A stretch of 64,000 nucleotides of DNA from an uncultured Rikenellaceae bacterium (GCA_944414825.1 CALYBN010000020.1:9277-73276); one strand, 5' to 3'; counted from the stretch's first letter, positions 42,751 through 51,360 are shown. The notes: generated from the letters alone by a model not told the origin. Made by a program: numbers and translations.

Positions 42751-44958
42751 ATGAAGAGAACAGTACGATGCCTCGGATTGCTGGCGATGGCCGCCGGGGT
42801 GTTGGTTTCGTGCAATACGAAGCCGCAAAATGCAAACACTATGGAGATTGATAATGCGCTCACCGAGCAGGAGAAACAGGCTGGGATCCTGACGCCCGAG
42901 GTGATGTGGAAAATGGGGCGCGTGAGCAGTTCGTTGCTCTCGCCCGACGGGACGAAAGTGGTGTACGCCGTGACCCGCTACAATATGGCCGAGAACAAAG
43001 GGCAGACGTCGCTTTATCTGGCTACGACGGCCGATCAGGCTCCGGTGCGATTGACCGATGGTGTCGGCAATGACAGCAATCCCCGCTGGAGCGCTGACGG
43101 AAAGACTCTCTATTTCCTCTCCGATCGCAGTGGCGATGCGCAGTTGTGGAGCATCGCGTCCGATGGGACAGGGTTGCGGCAGTTGTCCAGCATTGATGGC
43201 GGAATCGACGGTTTCGGAGTCGCACCGACGGGAGATAAGGCATTCTATACCAAACGGGTACAGGTGGAGAAACGTCGGTCGGCCGATCTGGCGCCCGATC
43301 TGCCTCAATCGAAAGCCCGGGTGTACGACGACCTGATGGCCCGCCACTGGGATTATTGGGACGAGGGAAGTTATTCGCATATCTTCGTGGCGGATCTGGC
43401 TGCCGACGGTACGATGAGCGAGAGTGTTGACATCATGGAGGGTGAGCCGTGGGATGCCCCGATGGCACCGTATTTTGACCTGGCGGAGATCGCCTGGAAC
43501 CATGCCGGGACGCAGTTGGCCTATACCTGCAAGAAGCTGACCGGGACGGAGTATGCCGTGAGCACCGACTCGGATATCTATCTCTATGACGTGGCTTCGA
43601 AGCAGACACGCAACATCTGCAAGGGAGACCAGCCGGTCGACCCGCGCCTGCGGATTATGCCTTCCATGCCGGGCTATGATAAGTATCCGGTCTTCTCGCC
43701 GGACGACAGCAAGATCGCTTTTGGCAGCATGCGCCGTCCGGGCAACGAGTCGGACAAATGCCGCCTGTTCGTGTGGAACAGCGCCGACGGCAGTATGGTT
43801 GATCTGACCGAAGGGTTCGATTATAATGCTTTCAATGTGGTATGGGAGGGGAATGATAGGCTGTGGTTCATCGCCCCGATCGAGGCTACGCATCAGATTT
43901 GCCGCGTGGGTTATGTCAACCCTTATAATCCGGCCGAGGGGGCTGCTGATGTGGCTCCTGAAGTGAAGGTCGTGACCTCCGGCGACCACGACATCAATGC
44001 TTTCTCCAAGGCAGGCGATCGCATCGTGGCCGAGGTGACCAAACTCTCGATGGCGACCGAACTGTTCGACGTCAATCCGACGACAGGTGAGTTGGCTCAA
44101 CTTTCGGATGTGAATGCCGAGATCTATGATCATGTCCGGATGGGAGAGGTCCGCAAACGCTGGGTGGAAACCACCGATGGCAAGCAGATGCTGACTTGGG
44201 TGGTGCTGCCGCCCGATTTCGATAGCACGCGGACCTATCCGACTCTGCTCTATTGTCAGGGCGGTCCGCAGAGCGTGGTGAGCCAGTTCTGGAGCTATCG
44301 CTGGAACCTGCAGCTGATGGCGGCCCAGGGGTATGTGGTTGTTGCTCCGAACCGACGCGGTCTGCCCTCCTTCGGACAGGAGTGGCTCGATCAGATCTCG
44401 GGTGATTACAGTGGTCAGAACATTCGAGACTACCTGAGTGCCATTGACGATATAGCCCGGGAACCGTGGGTCGATCAGAATCGACTGGGGTGTGTGGGCG
44501 CCAGCTACGGCGGCTACTCGGTCTTCTTCCTGGCCGGGAATCACGACCGGCGCTTCAAGGCTTTCATCGCCCACTGCGGAATCTTTAACTTCGACAGCAT
44601 GTATGGGGAAACGGAGGAGTTGTGGTTTGTCAACAACGACTACGGTGGCCCGTATTGGGATAAGACAAATGCCGTGGCTCAGCGCTCGTATGCCAACTCG
44701 CCTCACAAGTTTGTTGAGAAGTGGGATACGCCGATCCTGATCTTCACCGGTGAGCGCGATTACCGGATTCCCTTCACACAGAGCCTGGAGGCTTTCACGG
44801 CGGCTCGTGTGCGCGGTATCCCGGCTCGGTTGGTGGTGTTCGAGGATGAAGCTCACCAGGTGTTCAAGCCGCAGAATTCGTTGCTGTGGAACAGGGAATT
44901 CTTTGCTTGGCTTGACAAGTATGTTAAGAATGCATCTTTGGAAAACGATAAAAAATAG
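42751..44958 (+). CDS. S9-family serine peptidase (prolyl oligopeptidase / acylaminoacyl-peptidase type) lipoprotein
   Basis: Lipoprotein signal MKRTVRCLGLLAMAAGVLVSC. A beta-propeller-like N-terminal half. Catalytic GASYGGYS, GERDYRIP and EDEAHQV elements. Confidence 0.9.
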   Translation: MKRTVRCLGLLAMAAGVLVSCNTKPQNANTMEIDNALTEQEKQAGILTPEVMWKMGRVSSSLLSPDGTKVVYAVTRYNMAENKGQTSLYLATTADQAPVRLTDGVGNDSNPRWSADGKTLYFLSDRSGDAQLWSIASDGTGLRQLSSIDGGIDGFGVAPTGDKAFYTKRVQVEKRRSADLAPDLPQSKARVYDDLMARHWDYWDEGSYSHIFVADLAADGTMSESVDIMEGEPWDAPMAPYFDLAEIAWNHAGTQLAYTCKKLTGTEYAVSTDSDIYLYDVASKQTRNICKGDQPVDPRLRIMPSMPGYDKYPVFSPDDSKIAFGSMRRPGNESDKCRLFVWNSADGSMVDLTEGFDYNAFNVVWEGNDRLWFIAPIEATHQICRVGYVNPYNPAEGAADVAPEVKVVTSGDHDINAFSKAGDRIVAEVTKLSMATELFDVNPTTGELAQLSDVNAEIYDHVRMGEVRKRWVETTDGKQMLTWVVLPPDFDSTRTYPTLLYCQGGPQSVVSQFWSYRWNLQLMAAQGYVVVAPNRRGLPSFGQEWLDQISGDYSGQNIRDYLSAIDDIAREPWVDQNRLGCVGASYGGYSVFFLAGNHDRRFKAFIAHCGIFNFDSMYGETEELWFVNNDYGGPYWDKTNAVAQRSYANSPHKFVEKWDTPILIFTGERDYRIPFTQSLEAFTAARVRGIPARLVVFEDEAHQVFKPQNSLLWNREFFAWLDKYVKNASLENDKK

Positions 44959-44964
44959 ATAGAT

Positions 44965-45822
44965 ATGAAAAATATGTTTGCAACGCTTCTTCTGGCGGTG
45001 CTTGTGACGTTGGGGAGCGTGGAGTGTCAGGCAGCTGCGAAGGCGGACAAGAAAGCCGTAGTCAGCGTGATGTCTTATAATATCCGTACCGGGACGGCCG
45101 ATGATGGCCCCAACAGTTGGGAACACCGTAAGGAGCTTTCGCTGGAGATGATCCGTTTCGTGGCTCCGGATCTGATCGGGATGCAGGAGGTGCAGCCGAT
45201 GCAGGCGGACTATCTGACAGAGAATCTCACCGAATACGGTAAGGTGGGGATCGGCCGTGATGATGGCCGGCGTAAAGGTGAGCAGATGGCCGTATTCTAT
45301 CGTAAGGAGCGTTTCGAGTTGCTCGACAGCGGTCACTTCTGGCTCAGTGCTACACCTGATGAGGTGTCACGCGGATGGGATGGGGCTTGCAATCGCATGT
45401 GCACATGGGTGAAACTTCACGACCGGACGTCGGGGCGCGATCTGTTCCTGTTCGATACGCATCTTGACCATAAGGGCAAACAAGCCCGCCTGGAGGGAGC
45501 CAAACTGCTGGCCGAGCGGATTCAGAAGATTGCCGGACGGAACGTGGCATTCCTGACAGGCGATTTCAACGCTCCGGCTACGGCGGCCGTGTTGGAACCC
45601 TTGTTCGAGGCCTTCTCGTCGGCACGTGACAAAGCCCGCATGACCGATCACCTGGCTACCTACAACGGCTGGGGTAAGGCGAAACCGGGCGGTTCGGCGA
45701 TCGACCATATTTTTTATCAGCGTGCCACGCCGTTGTTCTTCAAGACGATCACCAGAGAGTTCAGCGGCCGGGCCTATGTCTCGGACCATTACCCGATCGT
45801 AGCAACATTTCAGCTGAAATAA
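44965..45822 (+). CDS. Secreted endonuclease/exonuclease/phosphatase (EEP) family protein
   Basis: Has a signal peptide. VMSYNIRTG, GMQEV and the C-terminal SDHYPIVATF are EEP hallmarks. Confidence 0.85.
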   Translation: MKNMFATLLLAVLVTLGSVECQAAAKADKKAVVSVMSYNIRTGTADDGPNSWEHRKELSLEMIRFVAPDLIGMQEVQPMQADYLTENLTEYGKVGIGRDDGRRKGEQMAVFYRKERFELLDSGHFWLSATPDEVSRGWDGACNRMCTWVKLHDRTSGRDLFLFDTHLDHKGKQARLEGAKLLAERIQKIAGRNVAFLTGDFNAPATAAVLEPLFEAFSSARDKARMTDHLATYNGWGKAKPGGSAIDHIFYQRATPLFFKTITREFSGRAYVSDHYPIVATFQLK

Positions 45823-45854
45823 TGATCTGATTTCAAACGCATAAAGAGGCATCT

Positions 45855-46790
45855 ATGGGCTATCTGTTGGCGGCAATCGCGGGCTGGTCGTCCTTGATCA
45901 TCCTGCTGAAACTCTTCGAACGGAAGAGGGTCGATCTCTACGTAGGGATCACGGTAAACTATTTCGTAGGTGCTGTTTTGGCATTTTTGTTTGCTCCGCA
46001 GCGGATGCCGGTTGGGGAGATCGTGCAGGCTCCATGGTTCGGCATGGCCATGGCCGTAGGGGCGGTTTTCATGCTGGCCTTCATGATCTATGGTCTCTCT
46101 GCCCAGCGGTCGGGCGTGGCGGTTACGACGCTGGCCGGGCGCTCGGCGATGGTGATTCCCGTACTGTTTGCCTTCCTGGTGTTGGATGAACGGGTGACGT
46201 TGCTGAAAATCATCATGTTGTTGCTGGTCATCGTGGCGATGATCCTGATTCTGTATAAGAAGGCCGATGTCGAACCGGGGACGCAAGGCTCTGCCTCCCT
46301 GACGGATACGTTGGCCGGGAAGCGGACCTTGTGGATATGGCTACTGCCCGTTGCGGTGTTCCTGTTCAACGGGACGAGCGATACGATGGTCCAGTATGCG
46401 CAGAAGGTGACACTGAACGACTATGCTGCAAGTCAAGACCTGCCTGCATTCCGTTTTATTCCGCTCTTTATGGGGACGATGTTTCTGGCCAGTACGGCGA
46501 CCGGGGTGGTGTGCTATGCCGTTCGCTCTGTGAAACAACGTTACGTCCCCACTGTGCGGGACCTGGGGTGGGGCGCCTTGCTCGGCTTCATGAACTGGGT
46601 CTGCATGGTCGGCGTGCTGAACGGATTGAACCAATTGGACGGTTCGCTGTTCTATCCGCTGTATTACACGGGGACGATTGTGGTGTCGACGGCCGTTGGA
46701 GTATGGTTCTTCCGGGAGAGGCTCACGCGGCTCAACTACCTGGGAATCGTGCTGGCCGTGATTGCGATCGCTGTTCTGAGTATGCAATAG
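45855..46790 (+). CDS. Polytopic membrane protein, EamA/DMT-superfamily-like
   Basis: 311 aa with about 10 hydrophobic segments arranged as two similar halves. Confidence 0.6.
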   Translation: MGYLLAAIAGWSSLIILLKLFERKRVDLYVGITVNYFVGAVLAFLFAPQRMPVGEIVQAPWFGMAMAVGAVFMLAFMIYGLSAQRSGVAVTTLAGRSAMVIPVLFAFLVLDERVTLLKIIMLLLVIVAMILILYKKADVEPGTQGSASLTDTLAGKRTLWIWLLPVAVFLFNGTSDTMVQYAQKVTLNDYAASQDLPAFRFIPLFMGTMFLASTATGVVCYAVRSVKQRYVPTVRDLGWGALLGFMNWVCMVGVLNGLNQLDGSLFYPLYYTGTIVVSTAVGVWFFRERLTRLNYLGIVLAVIAIAVLSMQ

Positions 46791-46906
46791 CAGGGTCGCA
46801 CAATCCCGAGGGCGTAATTTTCCTTCCCGAAGCAGGGAATGATTTGCCTGATTCGGTTGTGATCAGGAGACCATTGATATGGGAACTTGCAGGTTTGCGG
46901 AAGATT

Positions 46907-47827
46907 TTAATGGAAGATAACCACCTCGTTGTTCAGTTGAGGGGTTTTGTCATAGGGTTTTCCGTATTTCAACTCCTGTATTTTCTTGGAGACCTCGGAA
47001 CGTAATTTTACGAGATTGTTGTAATCGAGTTGTAGATTTTGTATCTCGGGATGAGCCTTGGCTATGTAGAGATCCTTGTGTGGAATGATCTCCGAAAGGG
47101 GCAACAGTTCGTTTTTGCTGTTAAAGTAGTCGGTCAGGAAGCGGACAATGGCAACCTTTTGCTCGATCAGTGCTTGTTGACGTGCTTTGTAAGTGTCTGC
47201 TATATAGGGGTGTTGGGAGAATAACAAGTTTTGCAAGTTGCTTCGTGTCTGTTTGTTTCTTTCGATCTGTTCTGTGCGACGCTTGGTGGCCGGTTTGGCC
47301 ATCAGACTCTCACTTTCGGCCCGAAGTCGCTTGTATTCGGGCACGCTGTCACACATGGCCAGATATAGTTTCTCGATAGTTAGAAAGTCGGTATGTAGGC
47401 TATCCAGTTCAGGAACCGTGTCATACAGCTTCTCAGGATCGAAACCCTGATAGCCAAAGATGGGGATCGGTTTGTTGCCTTCCGTATAGATTGTGAGATA
47501 TCGCTCCCAGGTCAGTTTGTTAATCTTTTTCGACAGATCGAGCATCTCTTGGTCCAACTGATCTGAAAGCCGTTGATAATCCTCCAGGGTGGAGGGCTTT
47601 GACGGGGTGTTGAGAGAAGCATCGGGGGCAGGGCTGGAGGTCCGCAATGAGTCCGATCGGGACGACGTCGGAGAGATGTCGTTGGACGTCCGTGCAGAGG
47701 ACAATTGTCCCCAGAGAATCAGAATGCTGAGGGTGATGACAAGAATTCTTGTAAGCGTATATGGGTTAGAAGTTTTGTGCGCTCGAGCAGGTTGGCCAGA
47801 CCCTATTGGAGACCTGTAGGAAAGCAT
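46907..47827 (-). CDS. Hypothetical signal-anchored protein with a Ser/Pro-rich linker and a helical/coiled-coil body
   Basis: 306-aa ORF with a hydrophobic segment (ILVITLSILILWGQL), then SPTSSRSDSLRTSSPAPDASLNTPSKPS, then a K/E/Q/L-rich region. I recognise no family. The start is uncertain. Confidence 0.5.
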   Translation of the reverse strand: MLSYRSPIGSGQPARAHKTSNPYTLTRILVITLSILILWGQLSSARTSNDISPTSSRSDSLRTSSPAPDASLNTPSKPSTLEDYQRLSDQLDQEMLDLSKKINKLTWERYLTIYTEGNKPIPIFGYQGFDPEKLYDTVPELDSLHTDFLTIEKLYLAMCDSVPEYKRLRAESESLMAKPATKRRTEQIERNKQTRSNLQNLLFSQHPYIADTYKARQQALIEQKVAIVRFLTDYFNSKNELLPLSEIIPHKDLYIAKAHPEIQNLQLDYNNLVKLRSEVSKKIQELKYGKPYDKTPQLNNEVVIFH

Positions 47828-47870
47828 CGCCGAAGTCGTGATGCCTCCCGAGACGTATTCGAACTCGCGA

Positions 47871-48395
47871 CTACTTGGGATTCAGTGTGAACTGGAAGTC
47901 GCTGTCCAGCCACCCCAGCAGAGCTTCCTTATTGCCTCCCGAATTGGTGCCGAAATGCCTTCTCTCCCGATCGCCGTCGAAATAATCTGCGTCTTCGACG
48001 CCAGTGCCGGTGTAGATATACCGTTGGTGATAGCGATGGATGGCGACCAGGTCGTATGGCCCTAATTCGGGTAGATTACTTTTGGCGGTGACTTTGATGC
48101 GGGTAACACCGATGACTTCGGGTTTGGTCTTCGCGGTCAGATGTTTTTCCCAGGGCAGGGTCACCTGCGTATCGGTTTGCAGGTCGCCATTTTCGTCGTA
48201 GTAGGTGATCGAATAGTCGAAGTATAGGGAGGCCGGACCGCTCAGTTTCGTTTGGTCGGCCAAATTGACGTGATAATAGTAGACGATGTGATAGCCTGAG
48301 CTGCTGGAGCATTCCTCTTCACCCTCTCCTTTGTCGCAGGCTGACATGCCTGAAAGTGCCAGAGCCAGCAGGCATAGTTTGTAGAGTTTCTTCAT
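47871..48395 (-). CDS. Hypothetical small lipoprotein
   Basis: I moved the start to the ATG at 48393-48395, giving MKKLYKLCLLALALSGMSAC, a lipobox. I recognise no family. Confidence 0.6.
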   Translation of the reverse strand: MKKLYKLCLLALALSGMSACDKGEGEEECSSSSGYHIVYYYHVNLADQTKLSGPASLYFDYSITYYDENGDLQTDTQVTLPWEKHLTAKTKPEVIGVTRIKVTAKSNLPELGPYDLVAIHRYHQRYIYTGTGVEDADYFDGDRERRHFGTNSGGNKEALLGWLDSDFQFTLNPK

Positions 48396-48503
48396 GATTG
48401 GGTATTTAAGTTCCGATAAATATAATGAATTCTCCGCAAAACGGAAAACATTCAAGAATTTTCGCTGGTTTTCAGGACTGTGATTCGATTCCCGGCCGAG
48501 GAT

Positions 48504-48929
48504 CTAAGCATCGATTCGGATTGTCCGTCGATCTTCGTCGTCAAGATCCGGTTCGATGTGGATCGAAAGGGTGTTTTCCGGCAGTAGCTCCTCGATCTTC
48601 TCAGGCCATTCGATCAGGCAGAGGTCGCCGCTGTCGAAATACTCTTCGTACCCGAGGTCAAAAACCTCCTCTAGTTTGTTGATGCGGTAGAAGTCGAAAT
48701 GGTTGATGTGCTCTCCCTCCTGGGTGCGGTACTGGTTCACCAGCGCGAAGGTCGGACTGGTGACATTGTCCGTTACGCCCATCTGGAGGCAGATTTCCCG
48801 GATGAGGGTTGTTTTGCCGGCGCCCATCGGGCCGTAGAATGCCACGACGGAGTGGTTCGGGAAGTAGCGGATGATCTTTTCTGCCGCATCGGGCAGGTCG
48901 CTGAGCGAATCGACATTGAGAATTTCCAT
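48504..48929 (-). CDS. tsaE: tRNA t6A37 biosynthesis ATPase TsaE
   Basis: 141 aa with the Walker A motif GPMGAGKTTLIREI and SPTFALVNQY. The start is the ATG at 48927-48929. Confidence 0.9.
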   Translation of the reverse strand: MEILNVDSLSDLPDAAEKIIRYFPNHSVVAFYGPMGAGKTTLIREICLQMGVTDNVTSPTFALVNQYRTQEGEHINHFDFYRINKLEEVFDLGYEEYFDSGDLCLIEWPEKIEELLPENTLSIHIEPDLDDEDRRTIRIDA

Positions 48930-48949
48930 ATCAGAATTAGGAATCGTTA

Positions 48950-50506
48950 TTACTTTTTGGGTTGTAGTATGATGAACGGGACCATCATCTCCTCCATCGA
49001 GATGCCGCCGTGCTGGAACGTGTTCCGGTAGTAGCGGATGAACTGGTTGGAGTTGTTCGGATAGATGAAGAAGTCGCGTCCGTAGGCGAATACGTAGGTC
49101 GAGGTGAGATTGCCCTGGGGCAGTTGAGCCTCCTCCGGTTTGGTGATGACGAACATCTCCTTGGCGTTGTAGTTGAGGTTGCGTCCGGTTTTGTAACGGA
49201 GGTTGGGCGAGGTCTCGCGGTCGCCCACGATCTTCACCGGGTTGTCCACGCGGATTGTGCCGTGGTCCGAGGTGATGATTACCGTGTGGCCCCGTTCGGA
49301 GAGCAGCTTCAGTAGTGTGAACAGGTCGGAATGTTCGAACCACGACCGTGTGAGCGAGCGGAAAGCGGCCTCATCCTCGGTGAGCTCCCGGATGATTTCG
49401 GTCTCGGTCCGGGCGTGTGACAGGATGTCCAGGAAGTTGTAGACGATCACCGAAAAATCGGCGTCGTAGATCTTGTTGATGTTGTCGATCAACTTTCGGC
49501 CGGCCTCCGGGCGTACCAGTTTGTCGAACGTCGTTTTGAAGTTCTTGCCGGTGCTTTGGAGCTGGCGGCGGAGAAAATCTTCCTCGTATTGGTTTTTTCC
49601 ACCCTCTTCGTTGTCGTTGAGCCACAGTTTGGGCATCAGCTTGTCGATGGCCAGCGGCATGAGACCTGCGAAAATGGCATTGCGGGCATATTGCGTGGCC
49701 GTGGGCAGAATCGAGCAGTAGAAATCCTCCTTCTCCACGTCGTACCAGCCGCGTAACATCGGTCCGATGCTGCGCCACTGGTCGTAGCGGAAGTTGTCGA
49801 TCAGCAGCAGGGTGGTTTTGGGGTTGGCTTCCACCACGGGGAAGATGTTGTTGCGCATGAGCGTGTGCGACATCACCGGTGTGTCGGCATCTTTGTGGTT
49901 GATCCAGTCGAGATATTCGCGACGGACAAATTTACCGTACTCATTATTGGCCTCGTTTTTCTGGTAGGTCAGGATCTCCTTGATGCTTTCGTCGGTAGAG
50001 TCCGTAAGTTCGATCTCCCAGCCCACCAGTTTGCGGTAGATGTTGCACCAGTCGGCGAAGGTGTGGGCGTCGGCCAGGGAGGAGGAGATACGTCCGAACT
50101 CGGCCCGGTAGTCGGCCGTGGTTTGTTCGGTGACCAGTTGCTGCTGGTGGACATTTTTCTTGATCGACAGGAGCACCTGGTTGGGGTTGACCGGTTTGAG
50201 GATGTAATCGGCGATTTTCGAGCCGATGGCCTTGTCCATGATGTTTTCCTCCTCGCTTTTGGTGACCATCACCACGGGCGTGTCGGGCCGCACCTCTTTC
50301 AGTTGCGGCAGGGTTTCCAGACCGGTCATGCCGGGCATCATCTCGTCGAGGATGATCAGATCGTAGGGGGTGGTGCGAGCCATCTCGATGGCATCGTAAC
50401 CGTTGTTGCAGGATTCCACGTCGTATCCTTTGCCTTGGAGAAAGAGGATGTGCGGTTTCAGGAGTTCGATCTCATCGTCGACCCACAGGATTTTGGCTCC
50501 ATTCAT
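48950..50506 (-). CDS. Response regulator with an N-terminal receiver domain and a C-terminal PglZ/alkaline-phosphatase-like domain (PorX-like)
   Basis: The receiver domain reads MNGAKILWVDDEIELLK...LIILDEMMPGMTG. The long C-terminal domain ends in ITSDHGT...FQHGGISMEEMMVP. At 518 aa it is comparable to PorX. The start is the ATG at 50504-50506. Confidence 0.85.
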   Translation of the reverse strand: MNGAKILWVDDEIELLKPHILFLQGKGYDVESCNNGYDAIEMARTTPYDLIILDEMMPGMTGLETLPQLKEVRPDTPVVMVTKSEEENIMDKAIGSKIADYILKPVNPNQVLLSIKKNVHQQQLVTEQTTADYRAEFGRISSSLADAHTFADWCNIYRKLVGWEIELTDSTDESIKEILTYQKNEANNEYGKFVRREYLDWINHKDADTPVMSHTLMRNNIFPVVEANPKTTLLLIDNFRYDQWRSIGPMLRGWYDVEKEDFYCSILPTATQYARNAIFAGLMPLAIDKLMPKLWLNDNEEGGKNQYEEDFLRRQLQSTGKNFKTTFDKLVRPEAGRKLIDNINKIYDADFSVIVYNFLDILSHARTETEIIRELTEDEAAFRSLTRSWFEHSDLFTLLKLLSERGHTVIITSDHGTIRVDNPVKIVGDRETSPNLRYKTGRNLNYNAKEMFVITKPEEAQLPQGNLTSTYVFAYGRDFFIYPNNSNQFIRYYRNTFQHGGISMEEMMVPFIILQPKK

Positions 50507-50526
50507 AATATGATTGTTATCGATAA

Positions 50527-50534
50527 CAAAAGTA
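50527..50534 (-). promoter_or_regulatory. Candidate -7 promoter box (TACTTTTG on the minus strand) for the PorX-like gene
   Basis: Plus strand reads CAAAAGTA, 21 nt upstream of the ATG. Confidence 0.45.
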
Positions 50535-50811
50535 GGTATTTCATGCCGTAGTTCCATGCAAAAAGCAAACAATTCTTTGTGGAGATTCCCGGCCTTACTA
50601 ATAATATAAACGGTGGGCAAGGGATAATATTGTGTTTTTAAGATGCTGGTAATCAGATGATATTGAAATAATTTTGGCAAAAGGAGTTGTTTGGGCCAGT
50701 TTTTGCTATGTCGTTAATTCAGAGGACTTACCGCTCTGCATGACAGCAAGTAGACATTGTGGTTATGAAAAAAAATGGCTACTTGTTGTAAATTAATTAA
50801 ATAAATTAATG

Positions 50812-50819
50812 TATATTTG
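50812..50819 (+). promoter_or_regulatory. Candidate -7 promoter box (TATATTTG) for the HU gene
   Basis: TAnnTTTG match 47 nt upstream of the ATG at 50866, in a very AT-rich spacer. Confidence 0.5.
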
Positions 50820-50865
50820 CAATCCCTAAAAGATTGCGGATTAAACTTATTAAAATCTTACAGAT

Positions 50866-51147
50866 ATGACAAAGGCTGATATTGTAAATGAGATCTCGAA
50901 AAGCACCGGCGTTGAGAAAGCACAAGTTCAACAGATCGTTGAAGCTTTTATGGAGAGTGTAAAAGCATCGATGGTTGCCAAGAACAACGTATATCTTCGC
51001 GGTTTTGGTAGCTTTATCATTAAAAAACGGGCACAGAAAGTAGCCCGAAAAAAAAAAAAAAATACCACGATTACTATTCCCGCTCATAACATCCCCGCTT
51101 TCAAACCCGCAAAAAGTTTTGCAGCGAAGGTGAAGAGCGCCAAGTAA
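50866..51147 (+). CDS. hup: HU-family DNA-binding protein
   Basis: 93 aa. MTKADIVNEISKSTGVEKAQVQQIVEAFMESV, GFGSFIIKKR and IPAHNIPAFKPAK follow the HU/IHF fold pattern. Confidence 0.92.
   Translation: MTKADIVNEISKSTGVEKAQVQQIVEAFMESVKASMVAKNNVYLRGFGSFIIKKRAQKVARKKKKNTTITIPAHNIPAFKPAKSFAAKVKSAK
51048..51062 (+). repeat. A15 homopolymer inside the HU coding sequence
   Basis: Counted directly: cccg + 15 A + tacc. In frame it encodes R-K-K-K-K-N. Confidence 0.95.
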
Positions 51148-51177
51148 TTTTCGTTAATCACTAAAATTTATAATGTT

Positions 51178-51270
51178 ATGCCAAGCGGTAAGAAAAGAAA
51201 AGGGCATAAGATGGCTACCCACAAACGCAAAAAACGCCTCAGAAAGAACAGGCATAAAAAGAAAAAGTAG
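51178..51270 (+). CDS. Candidate 30-aa ultra-basic small protein, possibly of the tiny Arg/Lys-rich ribosomal protein class
   Basis: The region from ATG to TAG translates to MPSGKKRKGHKMATHKRKKRLRKNRHKKKK (17 of 30 residues are K/R). It lies 30 nt after hup and before a terminator hairpin. It is not in the supplied ORF track. Confidence 0.55.
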   Translation: MPSGKKRKGHKMATHKRKKRLRKNRHKKKK

Positions 51271-51297
51271 GCAAGCCTCTTAATCCGAGTGTAAACC

Positions 51298-51340
51298 ATA
51301 AACCTAAAGGACTGTTTGGTTCTTTAGGTTTATTACATTT
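51298..51340 (+). terminator. Terminator-like hairpin after the small basic ORF
   Basis: 12-bp stem ATAAACCTAAAG / CTTTAGGTTTAT with a 12-nt loop, followed by a T-rich stretch. Confidence 0.6.
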
Positions 51341-51360
51341 TGGAAAATACTCTTAGATAG

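Noticed and set aside
48504-49343. 279-aa extended ORF upstream of tsaE, reaching into the PorX-like gene.
   Set aside because: The N-terminal extension is Pro/Arg/His/Gly-rich and overlaps the regulator's 3' end in another frame. The canonical TsaE sequence begins at the internal ATG at 48927-48929.
48950-50506. The PglZ domain as a marker of a BREX phage-defence system.
   Set aside because: Here PglZ is fused to a receiver domain, which is the PorX-type architecture. None of the other BREX components (pglX methyltransferase, brxC, brxL and others) is nearby, and the neighbours are housekeeping genes.
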